DNA of 46,584 bases from Candidatus Dormiibacterota bacterium (GTDB lineage: Bacteria; Chloroflexota; Dormibacteria; Aeolococcales; Aeolococcaceae), in contig DATBCJ010000090.1 in NCBI GenBank assembly GCA_036270565.1, forward strand, positions 1 to 46,584, in the 5' to 3' direction. The notes beneath the pieces are model-generated. The model worked only from the letters and a program-made list of their open reading frames with translations, was not told the origin of the DNA and made no database searches. Below are positions 8,707-16,096 of this stretch, piece by piece. The position numbers and the translations under genes were made by a program. How positions within the stretch are numbered: the first letter of the stretch is position 1; each line of letters starts with the position of its first letter.

Positions 8707-9393
8707 TCAGCCCGCGGGCGGCGTGATGCTCACGTTCTGGCCGTAATTGTCGAGAATGACGGTGAAGGTGCTGGGATGGACCTTGTCGAAGAACGGTCCC
8801 ACCATGACCACCCTGCGGAGCTGGTGCGACGAGGAGTCGACGCCGACTGTGGCCTGCACCGGCTGGGAGGGGTCGGCGCTGGTGAGCAGCGAGGCCACGC
8901 GCGCGCCCGGCATTGCGCATGCGACCTCGTCCAGCTGCTCGCCGTTGAGCCGGTCGCCGTCACGGTTGGACGGGGAGGCGCACACCGAGAGCAGGCTGGA
9001 CAGGCCGTTGTTGGGGTCGAGGAACTTGCCAGGGTCACCGAACCCGTACTTGGACGGGTCGGTCCTGTCGAAGCCGCCGCTGCCCAGCGGGGTGCGCGCG
9101 TAGAACACGCCACCGATCGACACCACGTCGACATTGACCGTGAACCCGCCGAGTGACACGGTGAGCTTGCCGGCGAAGCCGTCGGGACGCTTGGCGACGC
9201 CCTCGCCGCCGGAGATCAACGTGCCGGTGCCGGAGACGTTCGCGCTGGTGAGCATGAAGTGGAGCGACGGAGCCGAATCCACGCTCTGCTTGGCGAGGCG
9301 GAGCAGCTGGGCAGGGTCCGGCGGGGAGGTGCCGCAGGATGACAGCAGGGCCAGCACGGCCCCGGCGCTGAGCACACGGCTCGCGAAACGCAC
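8707..9393 (-). CDS. LppX/LprAFG-family lipoprotein (LprG-like)
   Basis: The signal peptide and lipobox read VRFASRVLSAGAVLALLSSC. The later block DPSKYGFGDPGKFLDPNNGLSSLL resembles the LprG family. I prefer the GTG at 9393 because GGGAGG (complement of 9401-9406) is 7 nt upstream. The track ORF begins at 9444. Confidence 0.75.
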   Translation of the reverse strand: MRFASRVLSAGAVLALLSSCGTSPPDPAQLLRLAKQSVDSAPSLHFMLTSANVSGTGTLISGGEGVAKRPDGFAGKLTVSLGGFTVNVDVVSIGGVFYARTPLGSGGFDRTDPSKYGFGDPGKFLDPNNGLSSLLSVCASPSNRDGDRLNGEQLDEVACAMPGARVASLLTSADPSQPVQATVGVDSSSHQLRRVVMVGPFFDKVHPSTFTVILDNYGQNVSITPPAG

Positions 9394-9462
9394 GCGTTGC
9401 CTCCCTCTGTTGCCTGCGCCGAGTATAGACAGCGCTTGCGTCACCGCCTGATACTCGCGTGA

Positions 9463-9819
9463 GTGAGTGACTCCGCCGGGGAGCTGCTCGTTGCCAGCGA
9501 GCGCTTCTTCGAGATCGACATGCGCGTGGGCCGCGTTGTCGAGTGCGCGCCGATTCCGAGGGCGCGTCGCCCTGCATTCCGAATGCTCATCGACTTTGGC
9601 GCGCTGGGCAGGCGAACGTCCTCAGCGCGAGTCACCGACAACTACAGCTGCGAGCAGCTGATCGGGTCGCTGGTGGTGGCGGTTGTCAACCTCCCCGCGC
9701 GCCAGGTCGGAGCGGTGCGCAGTGAGGTGCTGGTGCTCGGCGCGTACGCGCAGGGCTCGGATCGTGTGGCCCTGCTGCGGCCCGACGGCGATTGCAGTCC
9801 CGGGGATCGCATCGGCTGA
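9463..9819 (+). CDS. csaA: tRNA-binding domain protein / chaperone CsaA
   Basis: The 118 aa product reads FFEIDMRVGRVVECAPIP.ARRPAFRMLIDFG...SSARVT...LIGSLVVAVVNLPARQVGAVRSEVLVLG...LLRPD. It is collinear with B. subtilis CsaA as I recall it. Confidence 0.85.
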   Translation: MSDSAGELLVASERFFEIDMRVGRVVECAPIPRARRPAFRMLIDFGALGRRTSSARVTDNYSCEQLIGSLVVAVVNLPARQVGAVRSEVLVLGAYAQGSDRVALLRPDGDCSPGDRIG

Positions 9820-9882
9820 CGCACCAGCGGCGGCCAGGACGTACAGTCCCACCAACAACGGCAATGGGGAGACGGGCGCAGC

Positions 9883-10635
9883 ATGTCGAACAACGCCGAC
9901 CGCACCGCGCGACGCTTGTCGCCACTGCTGCTGGTGCTCGCCGCGCTCTGCTTCCTGCTGCCATTCATCGGGGTGTCGTGCAACACGGCCGCCGGGAGCG
10001 CGGCGCTGGGCAGCCTGGGCTCCATCGGTGCGTCGGGCGACAGCAGTGGCGCCGCTCAATCCGCAGCCTGCCTTCGCGCGCTCGACGGACGCGACCTCTA
10101 CACCTACAGCGGGCTCAACCTGGCCACCGGGAGCGATCCGACGGCGCAGACCAACATCCCGGGCTGTCCCACGACCTCGAGCTCGAACTCGAACTCGCCA
10201 CTGGCGATCTCCCCGAGCGCGCAGCCGCCGACGCTGGGCATCGGCGTGCAGCCGCTGTTGGTGGTGGCGCTTCTCCTCATCATCGTCGGCGTTGTCGGGG
10301 GCGTTGTTCGTGGTCGCACCGGCCGGCTCGTCGCCGCGGGAGCGGCACTGCTCGCCGCGGGCCTGGTGGTCGTCGACAACGCCACGGCGCACACGGCGAT
10401 CGTCAACAAGCTCGACAGCAGCGTCGGCGACGGGGCCGCGGGGGGATCCATGTCGGCAGCCGGGCTGAGCGGCACGGTCGACAGCTTCTTCACCATCCAC
10501 GCCGCGCTCGGCTTCATCCTGGTCCTGATCGCGCTGCTGCTCGCGGCCCTCGCCAACGGGGTGGCGCTGGCCCTCGGTGTCACCGCGCGACCGTCGGTGC
10601 CTCCGGCACCGCCGCCCGCCAGTGTCACCGGCTGA
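9883..10635 (+). CDS. Hypothetical membrane protein with Ser/Gly/Ala-rich extracytoplasmic segments
   Basis: The 250 aa ORF has high GC3. It carries an N-terminal TM (LSPLLLVLAALCFLLPFIGVSC) and at least three further hydrophobic helices. A GGGGAG-like SD lies upstream. I recognise no family. Confidence 0.6.
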   Translation: MSNNADRTARRLSPLLLVLAALCFLLPFIGVSCNTAAGSAALGSLGSIGASGDSSGAAQSAACLRALDGRDLYTYSGLNLATGSDPTAQTNIPGCPTTSSSNSNSPLAISPSAQPPTLGIGVQPLLVVALLLIIVGVVGGVVRGRTGRLVAAGAALLAAGLVVVDNATAHTAIVNKLDSSVGDGAAGGSMSAAGLSGTVDSFFTIHAALGFILVLIALLLAALANGVALALGVTARPSVPPAPPPASVTG

Positions 10636-11371
10636 GCTGCAGCCACAGCGCAGCGCCGAGGCCAACCACAACCACCACGAGGCGGAGCGGTTGATCCGGC
10701 ACGCGCCGAGCTGCTGACGCGCCGACGCGCCCGCCCACCAGGGTGGCGGGAGCGAGCACCAGGACGTATCCCCAGTGCACCGGCCCGAAGATGGCGAAGG
10801 CCACGCCCGACACCAGGTTCATCGCGCCCGCCAGCGGCACCTTCAGCGCGTTGAGGCGCTGCAGCGCGTCGTCGATGGTGACCGCCAGGATCGCCAGCAC
10901 CAGCACGCTGACCGCGGCACCGAAGTAGCCGCCATAGACGGCGGCAACGAAGAGGCCGGCCCTGAGCAGCGATGAGCGGCTGCGCCGCCGCTTCTCGAGC
11001 ACGCGGGCCAGCGGGCGCTGTGCGAGCAGCACCAGGCAGGCCACCACGATCAGCGCCGGCACCACGCGCGTGAACACGCGGGCCGGCGTGGTGAGGAGAA
11101 GCACGGCGCCGACGACAGCTCCCCCGACCGCGAAGGGCATGAGCAGCGCCAGGCGGCGGCCCTGCCCGGCGAGCTCACGCCGAAAGCCGAGCAGGCCGCC
11201 AACCGCGGCGGGCACGATGCCCACGGTGTTGGTGACGTTGGCATCCAGCGGCGGCAGCCCCACGGCCACCAGCAACGGGAAGGTGAGCAGCGAACCGCCG
11301 CCGGCGACAGTGTTGGCAAAGCCCGCGACGAGGCCGCCGGCCAGCACCAGCAGCGCGTCGCGCAGGCTCAT
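10625..11371 (-). CDS. TauE/SafE-family anion (sulfite) exporter
   Basis: From the ATG at 11371 the protein reads MSLRDALLVLAGGLVAGFANTVAGGGSLLTFPLLVAVGLPPLDANVTNTV, the typical TauE N-terminus. The product is about 248 aa and polytopic. The upstream Arg-rich 61 aa of the track ORF are rejected. Confidence 0.8.
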   Translation of the reverse strand: MSLRDALLVLAGGLVAGFANTVAGGGSLLTFPLLVAVGLPPLDANVTNTVGIVPAAVGGLLGFRRELAGQGRRLALLMPFAVGGAVVGAVLLLTTPARVFTRVVPALIVVACLVLLAQRPLARVLEKRRRSRSSLLRAGLFVAAVYGGYFGAAVSVLVLAILAVTIDDALQRLNALKVPLAGAMNLVSGVAFAIFGPVHWGYVLVLAPATLVGGRVGASAARRVPDQPLRLVVVVVGLGAALWLQLSR

Positions 11372-11390
11372 CCGATCAGCCGCGCTCCGC

Positions 11391-12299
11391 TCAGCCTCCG
11401 CCGCCGCCGAGGAACGGGATCCCGTACGTCTCGGGCCGCGCGCCCAGCGTGGTGGGCCAGATCTCCGCGATCGCGTCCGCCGTCCAGCCACCGTCGCGGT
11501 ACGCGGCCAGGATCTCCTGCGGGTGCGACCAGAGCGACAGCTTGTCGCCGCCAAGCCCGATGCATTGCCCGGTCACGCCCTTGGCGGCGTCCGAGGCGAG
11601 GAACACGAGCAGGGGCGCGACGTCCTCGGGCATGCCCATGCCCATCTGCTTGCGGACCATGTCGGGCAGCGGCTCGCCCTTCTCGGCCGCCTCCACCATC
11701 TCGGCCATCCCCGGGATGCTGGCGATCATCCGGGTGAGCGCGTTGGGCACGATGGCGTTGACGGTGATCTCGGCGCGCGCCAGCTCCATCGCCCAGGTGC
11801 GTGCGAAGGCGGCGATGCCCGCCTTGGCGCCCGCGTAGTTGGTCTGGCCGAAGTTGCCGCGCTGCCCGGCCCACGACGCGACCACCACGATGCGCCCTCC
11901 GCGGCCCTGCTCGCGCATGCGCGTGGCGGCGGCGCGCGCACACGTGAAGGTGCCGCGCATGTGCGTCTCGATGACCAGGTCGAAGTCGTCATCGGTCATC
12001 TTCCAGAGGACCTTGTCGCGGAGGATGCCTGCGTTGGTGCACATGATGTCGATGCCACCAAAGCTCTCGACGGCGCGCTGCACCAGCTTTTCGGCCGCCT
12101 CGGTGCTGCCCACCGCAGCCACCTCGGCCACCGCCTTGTGACCGCCATCGCTGAGCTCTTTGACGGTCTGCTCGGCAACGTCCGGATCGATGTCGTTGAT
12201 GACCACGGCGCATCCGGCCTGGGCCAGTGCATGCGCATAGGCGCGGCCGATGCCGCGCCCACTGCCGGTGACAACGGCGACCTTCCCGTCGAGATTCAT
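11391..12299 (-). CDS. SDR-family NAD(P)-dependent oxidoreductase
   Basis: The 302 aa product has TGSGRGIGRAY (TGxxxGIG), NAG and YAGAKAG (YxxxK). AGGAGGAG lies 3-4 nt upstream of the ATG. Confidence 0.9.
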   Translation of the reverse strand: MNLDGKVAVVTGSGRGIGRAYAHALAQAGCAVVINDIDPDVAEQTVKELSDGGHKAVAEVAAVGSTEAAEKLVQRAVESFGGIDIMCTNAGILRDKVLWKMTDDDFDLVIETHMRGTFTCARAAATRMREQGRGGRIVVVASWAGQRGNFGQTNYAGAKAGIAAFARTWAMELARAEITVNAIVPNALTRMIASIPGMAEMVEAAEKGEPLPDMVRKQMGMGMPEDVAPLLVFLASDAAKGVTGQCIGLGGDKLSLWSHPQEILAAYRDGGWTADAIAEIWPTTLGARPETYGIPFLGGGGG

Positions 12300-12389
12300 G
12301 ACTCCTCCTGTTGCGAGAGCGTGCGATTCGCGCAGGCCCGAGCGCGTCGCGGCGCGCCCATTGTCGCGATCTTCTCCCCGCTCGCGCGC

Positions 12390-13376
12390 TCAGCCGCCGA
12401 GGTGGCCGCCGGTGACCAACTCGGCGACGACGTAGCCCACCCATGGGACCCCGGCGAGGACCAGCCAGCGTCCCCGCGCGGTGCCGGCGCGCAGCAGGAC
12501 GAGCAGGCCGACGGCGACCGACAGGGTGAGCAGCCCGCCGAGGATGCCGCTGAACCCCGGTCGCCACGGCGTGAAGGTGAGCCCGATGAACCCGAGCACG
12601 CACGACTGAAATGCCGCGGACCCGGCGACGTTGCCAAAGGCCAGGCTGTCGTTGCCACTGCGCACCCAGAGCACGCCGTTGATCGACTCGGGAAGCTCGG
12701 TGGCAACCGGGACCACGATGAGCGCCAGCGTGAGCGGGTTGGCGTGCAGCGCCGTGGCGGTGTCGTTGAGGGCGGAGACGAAGAGGTCGGAGCCGATCAC
12801 CAGCAGCGCCACCGAGGCCAGCAGCTGCAGCACCACCAGCCCGGCCGGCGGTTGGCCGCGGTGGCGGCGCAGCAGGTGCAGCGGCTCGGGCATCTCGCCC
12901 GACGGGTCGCCGCCGCGCAGGGTGGCGCGCACGTACAGGCCGTAGGTGGCCAGAAGTCCGACACCGATGACGATGCGGGCCGGCGTGGGGAGGACGATGG
13001 CCACCAGCACAACGGAGAACGCGCCGACGAACACGCCGAGGTCGCGACGCGCCTGGGACCTGTCGAGGCGCAGGGTTCGGTCCCTGCGCAGCAGCACCGC
13101 CAGCCCGGTGACGGCCACGCCGACTCCGAGCAACAGGAACGGCGAGCCCAGCACCGCGCCGCTGGCCACCGCCGCGGCCGACGGCTTGCCGCTGATCAAC
13201 GCCACCACCGGGACGAACGTCTCCGGCAGCGACGTGCCCAGCGCAGCCAGCAGGCTGCCCGTTGCCCCGCTGGCCAGCTTGAGGCCGAACCCCGCCCACT
13301 CCACCGCGTTGGTGAACAGCTCGGACGCCGCAACGATGAGGACCAGCCCGCCGATGAAGAGGAGCGCCTGGGTCAC
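12390..13376 (-). CDS. Ca2+:cation antiporter (CaCA / Na+-Ca2+ exchanger family)
   Basis: The 328 aa polytopic product has two alpha-repeat signatures, GTSLPE and ATELPE. The GTG start overlaps the NUDIX stop (GTGA at 13373-13376). Confidence 0.85.
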   Translation of the reverse strand: MTQALLFIGGLVLIVAASELFTNAVEWAGFGLKLASGATGSLLAALGTSLPETFVPVVALISGKPSAAAVASGAVLGSPFLLLGVGVAVTGLAVLLRRDRTLRLDRSQARRDLGVFVGAFSVVLVAIVLPTPARIVIGVGLLATYGLYVRATLRGGDPSGEMPEPLHLLRRHRGQPPAGLVVLQLLASVALLVIGSDLFVSALNDTATALHANPLTLALIVVPVATELPESINGVLWVRSGNDSLAFGNVAGSAAFQSCVLGFIGLTFTPWRPGFSGILGGLLTLSVAVGLLVLLRAGTARGRWLVLAGVPWVGYVVAELVTGGHLGG

Positions 13377-13918
13377 GAGTCCCTGCGCCGGCGCATCCGG
13401 TCGACCGGGGCGCTCAACCAGCTGCTGCTGAAGGCAGCGACGCTGCGCAGTGTCACCGGCTGGATGCGGTGCACCGGGGGTGCGCCCTCAGAACGCGCCA
13501 GCGCGTCATACACGCGCTGCCGGCACCACGGAAACGCGGTCAGCGGCAGGGCGTCGGCGGTGACGAACACCGTGCGCAGCGACTCGATGCTCCAGTGCCT
13601 CTCGCCGCCGGCCACCTCGGCCAGGAAGACAGCGTCGGCCGCATTGCGCAGCCCACTCCAGGAGTACACGCCCACCAGGCCGCGGATGTTGACCCGGTAC
13701 CCGGTCTCCTCCTCGGTCTCGCGCACGGCGGTCTCCGCAGGGTCCTCATCCGGCTCGACGTGACCGCCGGGCAGCTCCCAGCCCGGTGGGAACGGTCGCA
13801 GCTGTAGCAGCACCCGCGGGCCGTCGACGATCGCGGCCTGAGCACCCTGCACCGGCCAGGCCACCCCGTCGACGACCACCTGCGAGAGCCGCTTGGGCCG
13901 GCCGCCGCGGGGGGTCAA
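13373..13918 (-). CDS. NUDIX hydrolase
   Basis: The Nudix box reads GGHVEPDEDPAETAVRETEEETGY. The track start at 13918 is a TTG that overlaps the upstream stop, so the true start is uncertain. Confidence 0.8.
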   Translation of the reverse strand: MTPRGGRPKRLSQVVVDGVAWPVQGAQAAIVDGPRVLLQLRPFPPGWELPGGHVEPDEDPAETAVRETEEETGYRVNIRGLVGVYSWSGLRNAADAVFLAEVAGGERHWSIESLRTVFVTADALPLTAFPWCRQRVYDALARSEGAPPVHRIQPVTLRSVAAFSSSWLSAPVDRMRRRRDS

Positions 13919-14166
13919 TCCAGCTCGACGCGCTTGGGGCGCCTGGCGGTGGTCTCTGCGGGAGCACGGCGGCGCCCGCGCGGCCGTCGCGGTGTGCGCG
14001 TGCTGTTGTGCTCGATGATCACCGCCAGCGCCAGCAGCAGCTCGCGCTGGGCATTGAGAAGGTGCAGCTGCGCGTCGGGCGGCACCAGCTCACCGAGCGC
14101 GCCGGCCAGCAGCTGCATGACGTCGGCGACGATCTTGCCGGGATCAAGGGCCGGCGTCTCGGTCAC
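13915..14166 (-). CDS. Small hypothetical protein, helical N-terminal half and Arg-rich C-terminal tail
   Basis: The 83 aa product has high GC3. Its GTG start overlaps the ArsA-like stop (GTGA at 14163-14166). The C-terminus reads TRTPRRPRGRRRAPAETTARRPKRVELD. I recognise no family. Confidence 0.55.
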   Translation of the reverse strand: MTETPALDPGKIVADVMQLLAGALGELVPPDAQLHLLNAQRELLLALAVIIEHNSTRTPRRPRGRRRAPAETTARRPKRVELD

Positions 14167-15335
14167 CGCGACGCCCCCGCAAAGGTCACGCGCAGCATCC
14201 CCTCGTCGAGCTTGCCCTTGACCACCCGAGTGCCGTTGAGCACGCGGGGCAGGCTGATCTCACGCTTGTACGGACCGACGCTGACGAAGAGCTCGCCGGC
14301 GCGGTGGGTGATGTCCACGTCGTCCTTGCCGACGAAGGGCAGCTGCAGCTGCAGCTCGTAATTCGACCCGACCTTCCGGAGGTGTTGCGACACCGTGGTG
14401 TGGAATCGCTGGGTCGGGTCGGTGTCGCCGAAGATCGCCTCCGCCATCTCGGCGAGAGAATCGAGCCCGACGATCTCGTGGTCGAAGAGGGGGGTGCGGC
14501 GGATCGGCACGGGGGAGAAGGCGGTCTCGACGAGCGTGTCGTATTTCTTCTGGGAGCGGTGCCAGGCGGCGAAGTAGTCGTCGGTGACCTCGTCGGGGAG
14601 AATGCGGTTCACCACCACCAGGTCGGTGAGGTAGTCGTAGAGGCACAGGTAGGTGAAGGCGCGCTGCGCCTCCTTGACCACCATCTTCTCGAGGTTGAGC
14701 ACGAGCCGCACCGTGCAGGTCTTGGGGTCGCCGAGGATGTTCTTCATCCCGTCGAGGTCGAAGAGCAGGTCCTTGATGTGGCCGAAGATGTCGTCGGTGG
14801 GCAGCGGGATGTTGGTGAACGGCTGCACCATCGGCCGGGCCACCTTCCACACCTTGCGCTCGACCGGGAAGATCTTGGTCAGGTACCAGCGCGCCACGTC
14901 GGGAAAGGCGAGCAGCTGCAGGGTCTCGCCGGTGGGCGCGCAGTCGACGATGACGACGTCGTAGATGCCCTGCTCCTTGTGGCGCTTGATCCACATCAGG
15001 CTGGCCACCTCCTCCATCCCCGGGGGCGTGGCCATCTCCTCGGCGACGAAGTCGTCGACACCCCACGACGCGAACAGCGAGATCAGGTAGCGATGGACGC
15101 GCTCCCAGTGCTCCTCCATCTCGTGCAGAGCGTTGATCTCCTGGGCGTCGAGATTGGGCGCGATGTTGGTGGGGTGGTCACCGAGCTCGACGTCGAACGA
15201 ATCACCCAGCGAGTGGGCGGCGTCCGTCGAGATGATCAGGGTGCGGTGCCCGAGCTTGGCGCACGCCACCGCGGTGGCCGCGGCGACCGTGGTCTTGCCG
15301 ACGCCCCCCTTTCCGGTGTAGAGGATGACGCGCAC
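14163..15335 (-). CDS. ArsA/Get3-family ATPase with C-terminal HSP20-like (ArsA_HSP20-type) domain
   Basis: From the GTG at 15335 the protein reads VRVILYTGKGGVGKTT (deviant Walker A), then ISTDAAHSL and DCAPTGETLQLL (compare the ArsA DTAPTGHTLRLL signature). The C-terminal YELQLQLPFVGKDDVDITHRAGELFVSVGPYKREISLPRVL...GKLDEGMLRVTF looks like an alpha-crystallin-type beta-sandwich. Confidence 0.85.
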   Translation of the reverse strand: MRVILYTGKGGVGKTTVAAATAVACAKLGHRTLIISTDAAHSLGDSFDVELGDHPTNIAPNLDAQEINALHEMEEHWERVHRYLISLFASWGVDDFVAEEMATPPGMEEVASLMWIKRHKEQGIYDVVIVDCAPTGETLQLLAFPDVARWYLTKIFPVERKVWKVARPMVQPFTNIPLPTDDIFGHIKDLLFDLDGMKNILGDPKTCTVRLVLNLEKMVVKEAQRAFTYLCLYDYLTDLVVVNRILPDEVTDDYFAAWHRSQKKYDTLVETAFSPVPIRRTPLFDHEIVGLDSLAEMAEAIFGDTDPTQRFHTTVSQHLRKVGSNYELQLQLPFVGKDDVDITHRAGELFVSVGPYKREISLPRVLNGTRVVKGKLDEGMLRVTFAGASR

Positions 15336-15340
15336 AGGGC

Positions 15341-15790
15341 CTACTTGACGACGTTGCTGACGATGATGTCCGCAACGATGATGAGCGCGACCATGACGGC
15401 CGCGATGATGGCCACGCGGCGCAGGTCCGAGGGCACGTAGGGGACGCGGTCGAAGGGGATGGCGGCGTCCTCGCTCTCCAGCGCCTGGATGTACCCCTGG
15501 GTCTGGCCTCGCGTGGAGCGCGGCCGCGTCGTGGGTGCGCTCACCCCAACCCGTTCCACGCGTCGCCGCCCGGCGTCGGGCGCGGGGACGTTGACGGCCA
15601 CCGAGGCGGCCGCGTCGCCACCCGGCTGGGGCGCGTCGACCGGCTCGGCGTCCCCACCGTCGCTGACGCCCGCGGGCCTGGTCCCGGTGGCGGCCGCCGC
15701 CCCCGGCGCGCCGGAGGTCAGCGGGCGGAAGGAGGGGCTGGGACGGCGCGTGACGGCGCGCTGCTTCTGCTTGCGTGTCTTCTTCGCCAT
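15341..15790 (-). CDS. Hypothetical tail-anchored membrane protein (basic, disordered N-terminal region; single C-terminal TM)
   Basis: The 149 aa product starts MAKKTRKQKQRAVTRRPSPS, continues with Ala/Gly/Pro-rich low-complexity sequence, and ends ...DLRRVAIIAAVMVALIIVADIIVSNVVK-stop. It stops 5 nt before the ArsA-like start. GC3 is high. Confidence 0.6.
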   Translation of the reverse strand: MAKKTRKQKQRAVTRRPSPSFRPLTSGAPGAAAATGTRPAGVSDGGDAEPVDAPQPGGDAAASVAVNVPAPDAGRRRVERVGVSAPTTRPRSTRGQTQGYIQALESEDAAIPFDRVPYVPSDLRRVAIIAAVMVALIIVADIIVSNVVK

Positions 15791-15840
15791 GGGCGCGCCA
15801 AGGGTAAAGCAAGAGCTACACCGGCGCCGAGTGGCGCCGA

Positions 15841-15926
15841 GGGAGGGGTACGGAGAGGCGGTGGCGTCCGCCTCTCCGATCGGGGAGGGATCTGCCCTCC
15901 CCGGTAGGAGAAGCGCCGCCCTCCCC
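15841..15926. other. Nested GC-rich hairpin cluster (possible structured RNA, terminator or regulatory element)
   Basis: There is a perfect 10 bp stem, ggagaggcgg (15852-15861) with ccgcctctcc (15868-15877). There is a perfect 8 bp stem, ggggaggg (15882-15889) with ccctcccc (15895-15902). An enclosing pairing joins gggaggg (15841-15847) to ccctccc (15919-15925). Confidence 0.5.
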
Positions 15927-16096
15927 TAGAGAACACCCTCCATGATGTGGTAGCGTCCGCTCGGAACCACAAGATGTGGGGGGGGCATCCTCCTCCACCA
16001 GGAACCACGGGCAGCAGGCGCCGGGCATCTCCAACACTCGCGGCTTCACGCTCCTGTCGAGGCCGACCCCATCCGGCGTCTGCAGCCCGCTCCGGT

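Noticed and set aside
11070-13763. 897 aa plus-strand ORF
   Set aside because: It is antisense to the TauE, SDR, CaCA and NUDIX genes, which all carry family motifs. It has no recognisable domain and a low-complexity composition.
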